This document shows positions 18,964 to 27,832 of a DNA stretch of 41,097 nucleotides, one piece after another. Position 1 is the first letter of the stretch. Every line of letters starts with the position of its first letter. This stretch comes from a virus (lineage: Duplodnaviria; Caudoviricetes): positions 1 through 41,097 of the IMG/VR virus record IMGVR_UViG_3300025600_000033. One strand, given 5' to 3'. The notes beneath the pieces are model-generated. The model saw nothing but the letters and a program-made list of their open reading frames with translations. It did no database searches and was not told the origin of the DNA. Position numbers and translations under genes: made by a program.

Positions 18964-19269
18964 TTAAATCTTTACTAAAATTTCTCCAAGGATAGTTTCG
19001 ATGCTTTGGGTTGTATCATCAAGTCCACTTTCTAATAAACATTGTATTTCCATTGTGAAAATTACTTTGGAATATACTTCAGGGGCTAGAAATATCCACA
19101 CCTGTCCTGTTAGATTATTAAAGCTACAACTTCCAGAAGCAATTACATCGTTTAATTTATATCCAATGTGCTCATAGGTGGCACTTATAAACTTAAACTT
19201 ACTACCATTAATTGACTTTACAATTAATCCACAGTCTTTTTTCTCTCCTAATTTAAAAAGCATCTTCAT
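18964..19269 (-). CDS. Hypothetical protein
   Basis: SD AAGGAGG; overlaps upstream gene. Confidence 0.6.
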   Translation of the reverse strand: MKMLFKLGEKKDCGLIVKSINGSKFKFISATYEHIGYKLNDVIASGSCSFNNLTGQVWIFLAPEVYSKVIFTMEIQCLLESGLDDTTQSIETILGEILVKI

Positions 19270-19831
19270 CCTCCTTAATAATATATTTATCTTGTATTTC
19301 TGTAAGAGTATAATTATCCATAAATTCTATTAGATTGTATTTATCCTGCATTTCTGTGAATGTGTAATTGTCAGTTTTATGTGGCTGATATTTTAAAACT
19401 CTTCTCATGATGTCAAAAATTGTAGAGTATGCTATAACTACTTTTCTTTTTAAGTCCGATGACACTTGAATAAATTTACTTATTTTACGAGATGTATCTG
19501 ATAGCGTATTTGAGTTGATTACTATTTTCCTCTGAAGATCAGAATTTATAGTTGGTGTTACGAAAAGTTTTAACGCAGTATCAACAAGAACACTATCTTG
19601 ATTTACTATTTTCAAAAGGGTATCCACTTGAGATATTATTGAACTATTAATATTTCTGCTTGTATCTACGTTTGTAGTAATTGTCGAATTAATATTTCTC
19701 TGCAAGTCATATACGTTCGTTGAAATTACTGTGGTTCTTCTAAGAGTATCAACTGAAAAATTAACTTGGTATGTAATCTTAGTAGAACTTGAGTTAAATT
19801 GCACACTATTGAGTGGGGAGGTATTAAACAT
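19253..19831 (-). CDS. Repeat protein (~15-aa D(T/L)xRxI repeats)
   Basis: DTLRR, DLQRN, DTSRN, DTLLK, DLQRK, DTSRK, DLKRK. Confidence 0.7.
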   Translation of the reverse strand: MFNTSPLNSVQFNSSSTKITYQVNFSVDTLRRTTVISTNVYDLQRNINSTITTNVDTSRNINSSIISQVDTLLKIVNQDSVLVDTALKLFVTPTINSDLQRKIVINSNTLSDTSRKISKFIQVSSDLKRKVVIAYSTIFDIMRRVLKYQPHKTDNYTFTEMQDKYNLIEFMDNYTLTEIQDKYIIKEDEDAF

Positions 19832-19853
19832 CTATACTATTCACCACCTCGTT

Positions 19854-20711
19854 TTATATTACTTTTGCATATGCTTGTTTAAAATTAACAATGTAACTAA
19901 TAACAGAAGAAGCACAATTATATTCTCTTGCTAACTCTACTTGCTTATAGTCACCTGTTGAATATTTCTCTCTAATTTCTGTTAATTGTTTATCATTGAA
20001 TTTCATTTTTGCTTCTCTCATTTTTAACTTAGTTTCATCCGAAACAACTTTACCATAGCTTCCGCTTTTTTCTCCTTTATTAGCAAAACTAAGCTTCATT
20101 TTTGTTTCATCAGAAGTAACCATACCATAATGCCAATTCTTTTCTCCCTTATTGGCTTCACTCATTTTATTTTTAGTTTCTTCTGAATGATGTTTGCCAT
20201 AGATCCAATGATTCTCGCCTGTTTTAGCCAAACTAAGTTTTTGTCTTGTTTCTATAGAAAGATGTTTTCCGTAGTTGTGGTTCTTTTCACCTTTATGTGC
20301 TATACCGAGTTTTATTTTTGTTTCATCAGAAACAATACGACCTTTCTGAGAATTACTCATCTTTTGTCTACTTTTTAAACTATGTTTAAACGGGAAACCT
20401 TCTCCCCCATTTGTAATATTATAATAATCCCTACTATTTGAAGCGTTATGGTATTTAATAAAGGCAATTTCTAATTCACTTAACTTTTCTTTTGAATAAG
20501 CAACAGCAATGATTTCTCTACTGAAATTTTCTCTGCCATATTTTTTAACTGCTCTTTTAAGAATTTTTCCACTTCCTAAATAACCCTTCCAATTATCATT
20601 AAGTTTTCTTTGTCCTATGTATTTCTTTCCATTCATCATATTCGTTGTAATATATATAAAGCCATAAGGATTTACAATCTCTACATTATTAATTACTATT
20701 TCTTCTACCAT
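19854..20711 (-). CDS. GIY-YIG homing endonuclease with NUMOD3 repeats and C-terminal HTH
   Basis: GFIYITTN...KYIGQ, YLGSG, YYN; repeated SxETKxK(L/M)S. Confidence 0.93.
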   Translation of the reverse strand: MVEEIVINNVEIVNPYGFIYITTNMMNGKKYIGQRKLNDNWKGYLGSGKILKRAVKKYGRENFSREIIAVAYSKEKLSELEIAFIKYHNASNSRDYYNITNGGEGFPFKHSLKSRQKMSNSQKGRIVSDETKIKLGIAHKGEKNHNYGKHLSIETRQKLSLAKTGENHWIYGKHHSEETKNKMSEANKGEKNWHYGMVTSDETKMKLSFANKGEKSGSYGKVVSDETKLKMREAKMKFNDKQLTEIREKYSTGDYKQVELAREYNCASSVISYIVNFKQAYAKVI

Positions 20712-20726
20712 TATAAATCATTCCTT

Positions 20727-20822
20727 CCACTATCAGAAAAACAAATGGGAAAAGAGATGTGTAGTGGCACATCCCTTTTAATTACTCTTATTAAGTTCGC
20801 GAAACATAAAATAAGAAACCAT
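20727..20822 (-). ncRNA. Structured 5' leader, copy 2
   Basis: P2 cttatt...tcgcga...aataag; P3 aaaagggatgtg-CCACTA-cacatctctttt; loop complementary to TAGTGG abutting the RBS. Confidence 0.8.
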
Positions 20823-20856
20823 GACAAAAATCTATAATTTAACTCAAAAATAAGGG

Positions 20857-20903
20857 TCATACTTAAAAAGTACAACCCAGTATCCATGCGGGTTTCAGGG
20901 TTT
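20857..20903 (+). repeat. 47-bp intergenic direct repeat, copy 2
   Basis: Matches 11036-11082. Confidence 0.85.
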
Positions 20904-20986
20904 CTCAAATCTCTAAAATCCCTTCGAAATTTATATTTTAAAGGGGTTATTGAATCGTTGTAATGTTTTAGCATATTTACAATACA

Positions 20987-21014
20987 AAAGAGAGTATATT
21001 TATATACTCTCTTT
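20987..21014 (-). terminator. Terminator-like hairpin
   Basis: aaagagagtata/tatactctcttt. Confidence 0.65.
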
Positions 21015-21072
21015 AAGAATTACAGAGATATGTTTCTGTCGGATAAACTGTCAACTACGAAGCGACTAAAAA

Positions 21073-21101
21073 TTGATTTAAAATACTTATTAGAATATCA
21101 T
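21073..21101 (+). promoter_or_regulatory. Putative sigma-A promoter of the acyltransferase moron
   Basis: TTGATT-17 bp-TATCAT. Confidence 0.5.
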
Positions 21102-21150
21102 GTAATCATTATTGATTGTACACTAAACAAAAGAGTGGAGTTGCAAATAC

Positions 21151-22251
21151 ATGGAAAACAAAGATCGCATCTATATTATTGATTTATTCAGATTTATTGC
21201 CGCATTATCTGTTGTGTTTTTCCACTATGCGTTTCTAGGTTCGCATTTTGGGAAATCCGCCTTAAGCCTTCCTTTTTTAGCACCAATCGCGAAGTATGGG
21301 TTTTTAGGCGTTGAACTATTTTTCATTATTAGTGGTTTCGTAATATTGATGTCTGCATGGGATGCGGATGTAATAGGTTTCCTATCTTCGCGCGTAGGAA
21401 GGTTGTATCCCGCATATTGGGTTTGCTGTACATTAACAACTGTTGTATTACTCATTTCGCCAATAGATGTCAGTACCGTATCCATAAAGCAATATCTCAT
21501 AAATATGACCATGCTTAACGGATTTGTTAACATTAATAATATTGATGGTTCTTATTGGACTCTAATGTACGAAATCACGTTTTACGCATTAATCGCATTT
21601 GTCTTACTTATACGCAAGATTAAGTACAGCGAGTATTTCGCGTATATTTGGCTTACCCTATCCATAGCGTGTATCTACCTTAATTTCGGTTCAGATTCCA
21701 TTCTTTCTAAAATCGCTAATAAATTAACACTAGGTAGTTACTCATCACTGTTTATATATGGCATGTTATTGTTTTTAATATGGAAACACGGCTTAACAAT
21801 CTCAAAAAGCATTGGGCTGGCAGCTTCTTGTGGTCTTTCTATCTATTCTTCGGTTAACAGGGCAATTAACAATAATACTTATAGTAATTACGATTTGTCC
21901 ATTCCCGTTGTTGTAGCAATCGACTCTTTTATATTAATCATAATGTTCCTTGCCGCAATTAAGGTGCTTAAACTCAAAAAACTAAGGATTGTTTCTATTT
22001 TAGGTGCTTTGTCGTATCCTTTATATTTACTGCATCATACAATTGGTTACGCGATATTCAATCAGCTTTACAACAAAATCAACACAAATATTTTGGTTAT
22101 TTTTACTTTTACGTTTATGTTTATTTTGTCATTTTTGGTCAGCCACTATATAGAATCTAAGTGGTGCAAAACTTTGAGAACTTTTATAGAAGCTTGTTTA
22201 AGGAAAATATTACGCACGAAACAATTTAACAGATCCGATGTTTCTCGATAA
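21151..22251 (+). CDS. Acyltransferase-3 (OafA-like) membrane O-acetyltransferase, antisense moron
   Basis: DLFRFIAALSVVFFH, GVELFFIISGF, RVGRLYP, YWTL.YE, SYPLYLLH. Confidence 0.93.
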   Translation: MENKDRIYIIDLFRFIAALSVVFFHYAFLGSHFGKSALSLPFLAPIAKYGFLGVELFFIISGFVILMSAWDADVIGFLSSRVGRLYPAYWVCCTLTTVVLLISPIDVSTVSIKQYLINMTMLNGFVNINNIDGSYWTLMYEITFYALIAFVLLIRKIKYSEYFAYIWLTLSIACIYLNFGSDSILSKIANKLTLGSYSSLFIYGMLLFLIWKHGLTISKSIGLAASCGLSIYSSVNRAINNNTYSNYDLSIPVVVAIDSFILIIMFLAAIKVLKLKKLRIVSILGALSYPLYLLHHTIGYAIFNQLYNKINTNILVIFTFTFMFILSFLVSHYIESKWCKTLRTFIEACLRKILRTKQFNRSDVSR

Positions 22252-22278
22252 ACACAATAATTAGTTATTGTGTTTATC
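22247..22278. terminator. Bidirectional terminator
   Basis: gataaacacaataa/ttattgtgtttatc 14-bp stem between convergent genes. Confidence 0.8.
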
Positions 22279-22292
22279 CTATTGCTGATTAT

Positions 22293-24026
22293 TTAATGTT
22301 CAAACACTAATATCTTAGGGTTAATAATCATGTCTACCGTTTGACCGTTTAAAACTTTAATACTAATACCCGAAATAGTTTTAGCCACTGTAAGATAAGA
22401 GTTTAATTGATTTAAACCACTGAATAAAATATCAATGCCATTTGTGAAAATATTAATAGTTGCCTTGGCGCTTGATATTTTAGTGGGCGAACCTCCCATT
22501 ATAATTTTATGATTTATAGGCACATCAAATCCTGTAACAGTACCATACGCACCGTATAACCAGAATGTTGTGTCAGCGGTCGCCGTTCCCGTGAGCTTAT
22601 AGATGTTACCCTTTAAAGGTGTAAGTGTTAATCCTGTCGTTGTAACAGGGGCAACGATGATTGAGTTAGGTGTTATGTCGTGGTAATAATCTCTAAAATC
22701 CACCCTATTAAGTCTAATATTATTGTATTCCGTGGTAGAATCATCCTTCAAAAATGTGGTATGCAGATCATCAACACTTATTTTAATGTCGTTGTTTTTG
22801 AAGTCATTATTTGGTATCCAAACCCCAGTTTGTTGGTATATAGCTCCGAAGTTTGTGTTATTCCTACAGATAATATCAAGTTGGTTTTCTTTACCACTAT
22901 TTAATACAGCGCCGTAGGTAATTGGGTTATTGCCGTAGTTATTACGGTCTGTAACAAGTGACCCTTGATTTTGATTTGCGTTATCAAAATAATACCCGGC
23001 ATAATAATTTTCTTGCGCTTCAATACCAAAATATTGATTAAGGGTGGAAGCTATAACAATACCTGCTTTTGCTGAACCATAAGACCCACTAAACCATGTT
23101 TTAACATTTGATATTTTAGTATCTCCACCACCTAAGTAGGTCCCCTCTGTTGATCCCGCAATGCCACAAAAACTTGTATATATATGGCTAACCATTCCGT
23201 CAAAACCTAAATAATATAACCCCTGTTTATCACATGAATCTATATATATATGATGAATATTAGGATTAATGCATCTTGCGCTAACATCAATGGCTTTATC
23301 TGCGAATTTTTCCATGTATAAGTCACACACTTCGCAAGTGGCAATATAATAATTAGCACCCGCCGTTGCATAGGTTACACCCTTTGAGATTGCACCACTT
23401 GCTTTATTGCCATCCATTACAAACCCATGAATATTAACATAGTAGGTATTCTTGGTGAACTTAAAGATAGACTCCATCGTTACGCCATCTTTTACCTTGA
23501 TTCTTCTACCCTTATTATCCGCAGTAATGTGATAAAAGTCATTGACCAAGATTGGAGTAGACACTATAACATCAGAGTTTAGTTTAAGTTCTAGCTTGTT
23601 AAGTGCTGTGAATGTTAAAGCCTTTAACATTTGCACACTATCATCGACTAACCCAGTTATGCCAAATTGCTTAGTATTTACAACTTCAGCAAAGACTAAT
23701 TGTGCAAAAAGCGTCCCTGTGATGTGGTGATATGAACCGCCATCCTCTATAAAAGCACCATCAACTATCTTGTATGTGCTACCCCCCATATCACAAAATA
23801 AAGAATACCCTAAGGTTACACAGCGTTTACCCGCTATCAATTTGTTATCAGCTTTCATTTCTGCGACTGAATTATAATATGACGCGGTTTCAGCCTTATC
23901 CGTCAGACGAGCAGTATCAATTGCTTTTACATCACTAGGAGTAATTCTATTTGTACCGTCATTTATGGCAGGACTATCGCCTCCAGAGGTACCTCCACCA
24001 GAATTATTATTGTGAAAAAAACCCAT
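22293..24026 (-). CDS. Tailspike-like beta-helix protein / putative depolymerase (start MGFF)
   Basis: SVAEMKAD..L..G...VTLGY...DMGG..Y head module, then VNTKQFG..G..DDS cap and beta-helix. Confidence 0.75.
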   Translation of the reverse strand: MGFFHNNNSGGGTSGGDSPAINDGTNRITPSDVKAIDTARLTDKAETASYYNSVAEMKADNKLIAGKRCVTLGYSLFCDMGGSTYKIVDGAFIEDGGSYHHITGTLFAQLVFAEVVNTKQFGITGLVDDSVQMLKALTFTALNKLELKLNSDVIVSTPILVNDFYHITADNKGRRIKVKDGVTMESIFKFTKNTYYVNIHGFVMDGNKASGAISKGVTYATAGANYYIATCEVCDLYMEKFADKAIDVSARCINPNIHHIYIDSCDKQGLYYLGFDGMVSHIYTSFCGIAGSTEGTYLGGGDTKISNVKTWFSGSYGSAKAGIVIASTLNQYFGIEAQENYYAGYYFDNANQNQGSLVTDRNNYGNNPITYGAVLNSGKENQLDIICRNNTNFGAIYQQTGVWIPNNDFKNNDIKISVDDLHTTFLKDDSTTEYNNIRLNRVDFRDYYHDITPNSIIVAPVTTTGLTLTPLKGNIYKLTGTATADTTFWLYGAYGTVTGFDVPINHKIIMGGSPTKISSAKATINIFTNGIDILFSGLNQLNSYLTVAKTISGISIKVLNGQTVDMIINPKILVFEH

Positions 24027-24059
24027 AATTTCATCACTCGCTTTCTTTAAATACATTAT

Positions 24060-25331
24060 TTATGAGTTTAATTTTTTAGGATTATAGTCACACCAGTTTA
24101 ATATAAATCCTTGCTTTAAGTATCTTAAAATTGTACTCTTACTCAATTTTAATTCCTTTGATATATTTGATATACTTCTTATTCTATTGTTCCATAAATC
24201 ACAAGCCACTTTAACTAAACTCTTGCAAGAATATTCGTGGCATCTAAACCAATCTATATCAGACTCTTTAAAGTTTAATAACTTAGGTAGCTCACTAATC
24301 ATAATGTTATTTCTAATAAACTCCATTTTAGAATATCTACAATCTATAACTATATAACTATTGATGCTATTTTCATTAGCCAATTCTTTTTTCAGATTAT
24401 CATTCTTTTTAATTTCCTTTAAACTGCCCCAAAACCCTAAGGTATCTTTGTAATGTTGTCCACCATGTGTTTCTATAATACAGTTTAGTGAATCAATATA
24501 AAAGTCATATCTGTAATTTTTACACCATTTAAAAGTCGTTTTTGATAGTTGGAATTTAGAAATTGAATTTAATTGTTCCAAGAATGAAAGCATAAACTTT
24601 TCTGGATATGATACTCCATCTGAACATCTATGGCAAGATAAACCATGCCATATAAGAGTACCTACCCTTATCTTTTTTTCGTAATTACAATCTGGACATT
24701 TCATAGTAACCTCTTTAAAAGAACCAGAGGAATATTTCAATGTATCTTCTTTATTTACAAAATATTTTACTAAATCAGGATGGGTTATAGATACGGAGTT
24801 ACATTTTTTGCATTCTATACTTCCTTTATATCCACTTCTTACAAAATTGTGGATATTTTTTAATTCTGATTCATGTTCTGGATGTTCTAGACACTTGAAC
24901 CAGTAACCATTTCTGTTATGTCCTTGAGAACTAAAATTAATTTCATTAGGTTTGAGTGTGTTTACGTCATAGTCCCATCTATATAATAAATCTTGATGAT
25001 TATTTACTAAACACCATTCCTCAAACGATTTAACATTCACATTTATTTTATATGGTTTAGAATCATTTCTGGGTAATTTTTTAGAGCATTTTCTACAGTA
25101 ATATTTTCCGTCGTCGTAAACATACTTTTTATAATTTCTCCATTCTATGCCATTTAGTATATCACTACATCCATCACATTTTACATTCACCATTACTTTT
25201 GAACCATCAGACATATCTCCAACAAGAACATTAAATTCGTCCTTGTAATTAGTAAATATATATCCCTTTCCCTCATACCATTTCTTATTTGCAGGATTCC
25301 AACGCATTATCACAGTTTTAGATTCTAACAT
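24060..25331 (-). CDS. Free-standing endonuclease with zinc-ribbon repeats and C-terminal PD-(D/E)xK domain
   Basis: Shared N-terminal domain; multiple CxxC; SYPEK, YRYDFY...IIETHGGQHY. Confidence 0.8.
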   Translation of the reverse strand: MLESKTVIMRWNPANKKWYEGKGYIFTNYKDEFNVLVGDMSDGSKVMVNVKCDGCSDILNGIEWRNYKKYVYDDGKYYCRKCSKKLPRNDSKPYKINVNVKSFEEWCLVNNHQDLLYRWDYDVNTLKPNEINFSSQGHNRNGYWFKCLEHPEHESELKNIHNFVRSGYKGSIECKKCNSVSITHPDLVKYFVNKEDTLKYSSGSFKEVTMKCPDCNYEKKIRVGTLIWHGLSCHRCSDGVSYPEKFMLSFLEQLNSISKFQLSKTTFKWCKNYRYDFYIDSLNCIIETHGGQHYKDTLGFWGSLKEIKKNDNLKKELANENSINSYIVIDCRYSKMEFIRNNIMISELPKLLNFKESDIDWFRCHEYSCKSLVKVACDLWNNRIRSISNISKELKLSKSTILRYLKQGFILNWCDYNPKKLNS

Positions 25332-25351
25332 ATTTACGTATCATTCTCCCT

Positions 25352-25445
25352 CCAGCATTAGAGATACAAATGGGAAAATACCTATGTACTGGCATAGGTA
25401 TTTTAATCACACTTATTGAACTTGCAATTTCAATAAGAAACCATT
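25352..25445 (-). ncRNA. Structured 5' leader, copy 3
   Basis: P2 cttattgaa-attgcaag-ttcaataag; P3 aaaatacctatg-CCAGTA-cataggtatttt; loop complementary to TGCTGG at the RBS. Confidence 0.8.
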
Positions 25446-25464
25446 AAAAATATTATTTATAAGT

Positions 25465-25758
25465 CTACAATCCACCAATATACGAAAATGAAACTCCTGC
25501 TTCAACAATTACAAATGAAAATAATTGACTATCATACATATCCATTTCAAAACCTTGACCTGATGCTAAATAGATTTGGTTAGCAGAACCATTTAATTTT
25601 ATATGGCAAGCTGTATTATTTGTAAAACTAAAACGATAGGCATAGATTTTTTGAAAAGTCCAATCCGTAGGTTTGTTTGCCTGTATAATCTCCTGATTTG
25701 CTGTTGAAACTTGAATATCTGGACTACCAAAATACATAGACCCTACTCTAAAACCCAT
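25465..25758 (-). CDS. Small beta-rich hypothetical virion protein (start MGFR)
   Basis: ORF with the same RBS context as 24026. Confidence 0.65.
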   Translation of the reverse strand: MGFRVGSMYFGSPDIQVSTANQEIIQANKPTDWTFQKIYAYRFSFTNNTACHIKLNGSANQIYLASGQGFEMDMYDSQLFSFVIVEAGVSFSYIGGL

Positions 25759-25966
25759 TATTTCATCACTCACTTTCTCTCTTATTATTTTTATACCGAA
25801 CTATCAAATTCTTATTTTATTGGGTTAGATTATTTATTGAATTTTGAAATCTAATACACTAAATCCAGATACTTTAAGCAATTCAAAATACAAATCTATG
25901 CATTTATTTGTGTAGGTGTCTGAAATTTTATTTAGAAAGTTTGACATTATTATTTCCCCTTTGATA

Positions 25967-26620
25967 TTAAATTTGAGTTGCTTTAGCTAATGCCTCTGCA
26001 ATTGTTTGATTTACAATATTGGTAATTGTGGTATTAGCAGTCGTTTGAGCAAGCAAAGTAATTTGTGCTGTAATTGCATCTGCAACTGTAGAAGTGACTA
26101 TAGGTATCAAAGAAATTGGTGTTTCTGGCACTATTTCTACAATAGGCTCAACACTAGGTGTAGTAGGGGTTTCAGGGTTTTCAATAATAGGTGTAATTTC
26201 ACTTTCTGCCTGAATTTGAACATCAGTTGAGTCAGATTTATCTATTGGTAAACTTGTTAAGGGTACAATATTTAAAGGGGTTACAGCATCATTTGCAACA
26301 ACTTTTGCTCTTTCTACAACTAAGTAGTTTTTTGCAGAATTATATAAACTTTGTGCAAGAGATTCAAACATTTTTTGAGTGATAAGTAATCTAGCAGGAG
26401 TAGGCAATAATTGATATCCACGGTCAACAAGAAATTGAAATTTATCTGCACCTGTATTAAGAGCCAATGTTTCTGCTTCTTTTTCGATACGAATTATTAA
26501 TGATAGGATAATCTTTTTTGCTCCATCTCTTTGAAATAAAACATATCCACCAAAACCCAAAGCAACTGCAATAATTCCCCAGTAAGGGAGTAAAAGATTG
26601 ATAATTGTTTGAAAATCCAT
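25967..26620 (-). CDS. Holin-like protein (LL-H type) with long low-complexity tail
   Basis: One N-terminal TM, AE...TGADKF pattern; in lysis region. Confidence 0.6.
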   Translation of the reverse strand: MDFQTIINLLLPYWGIIAVALGFGGYVLFQRDGAKKIILSLIIRIEKEAETLALNTGADKFQFLVDRGYQLLPTPARLLITQKMFESLAQSLYNSAKNYLVVERAKVVANDAVTPLNIVPLTSLPIDKSDSTDVQIQAESEITPIIENPETPTTPSVEPIVEIVPETPISLIPIVTSTVADAITAQITLLAQTTANTTITNIVNQTIAEALAKATQI

Positions 26621-26725
26621 TTTAATTCCTCCAGTGATATTATTTTATTTGGTTATTAATCTAAAATAAATGTTCCTTTAATTCATTTAGGATTATTTTT
26701 CCTTAGTAATTTTACTGCTTACTAA

Positions 26726-27277
26726 TCATTTATTTTGTTTATGGAAAACTTCCTTATCAGTAAATTCTTTAATTTTTTCTTCTACAAGACCAATTGTCTC
26801 TCCTTCTTGGGGAATTGGAGAAATTTTTGCCACCTTTTGAAGAATCCATTCACCAAATGGAAGTTCATGTATTCCCGTTGGAGAACCACCATCCGTACTA
26901 TCCGTGCCAGTGTGATGACTTTTACAGAGTGTCATCATTTGTAAAATCGTATCAATTGAGGTGATTTCTGCGTTCTGATTTTTCTTTGCATACCCATATA
27001 TATCAAATTTATTACACAAATCTTTTAGAACTTCAAAATCTATGATACTTCCTTCACACCACTCCGCGAAAAAATGATGTACCTCAAGTTCCTGCTTACT
27101 ACCACACAACCAACATTCTGAAAGATTCCCATCTTTTCTTAAAGTCTGTTTAGTTTTTCTGAATTCTGGAGATTCTGATCTATGGGAGTGTGAAGGAATA
27201 ACCATAACTGTTTTTATGGTTATGGTTTGTACATGCTCATCAACCATATCTTTGACTTCTAACATATTATTTATCAC
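26726..27277 (-). CDS. HNH-like zinc protein
   Basis: CWLCG...LEVHH...LCKSHH...GIH. Confidence 0.6.
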   Translation of the reverse strand: MINNMLEVKDMVDEHVQTITIKTVMVIPSHSHRSESPEFRKTKQTLRKDGNLSECWLCGSKQELEVHHFFAEWCEGSIIDFEVLKDLCNKFDIYGYAKKNQNAEITSIDTILQMMTLCKSHHTGTDSTDGGSPTGIHELPFGEWILQKVAKISPIPQEGETIGLVEEKIKEFTDKEVFHKQNK

Positions 27278-27303
27278 CGACTTTTATTTATTATTTATGT
27301 AAT

Positions 27304-27699
27304 TTATAATGTAATAGTTAAACCAAACTTTGCAGCTAGAAATCCTGCTAAACAGGCTCCAATTATTCCAAGTATTTTAATTACAATTGAGGTTTTGTTG
27401 TTATTATTATTTTTAGTTATATCTGCATTTTGATTATTAGTGTTGATAACTAATGTACTTAGTGTCCCCGCCATTGATGCTGTTGTTTGAAGATAGCTAG
27501 TTCTAAATTCTGTAACTATTTCCTTGACGTCTCCCATCTGAGACTTAATTGAGTTTAATTGTTCTCGCGTGACAGCGTTATCAATTAGAATTCCCTGAAT
27601 TTTTTCCGAATGTTCCTCTAAAATCTTAGAATGCCCATCAAGTACAGACTGAACCTGTTTTTCATCCAACATTATCAACATGCCACCTTCCATAACCAT
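27304..27699 (-). CDS. XhlA/holin-like coiled-coil protein with C-terminal TM
   Basis: Coiled coil plus one C-terminal TM; directly downstream of the amidase. Confidence 0.6.
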   Translation of the reverse strand: MVMEGGMLIMLDEKQVQSVLDGHSKILEEHSEKIQGILIDNAVTREQLNSIKSQMGDVKEIVTEFRTSYLQTTASMAGTLSTLVINTNNQNADITKNNNNNKTSIVIKILGIIGACLAGFLAAKFGLTITL

Positions 27700-27702
27700 A
27701 AC

Positions 27703-27732
27703 TTGACAACCTCCCTTTTATTATGATATACT
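27703..27732 (+). promoter_or_regulatory. Strong sigma-A promoter antisense to the lysis operon
   Basis: TTGACA-18 bp-TATACT with extended TG. Confidence 0.7.
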
Positions 27733-27738
27733 TATATA

Positions 27739-27814
27739 TAACTAAGCAAATCTTTTCAGGAAGATAGGCTTAGAAGTGGGCTTGCAGGGTAAACAAGTCC
27801 ACTTATTTTCTTTT
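27739..27814 (+). ncRNA. Putative ~75-nt two-hairpin small RNA
   Basis: Promoter, hairpin ctaagc...gcttag, terminator aagtgggcttg/caagtccactt followed by T-run. Confidence 0.6.
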
Positions 27815-27832
27815 ATATTCGATTAATTAGTA

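Noticed and set aside
20711-20974. 87-aa ORF upstream of GIY-YIG
   Set aside because: No SD; overlaps the structured leader and the 47-bp repeat; likely spurious
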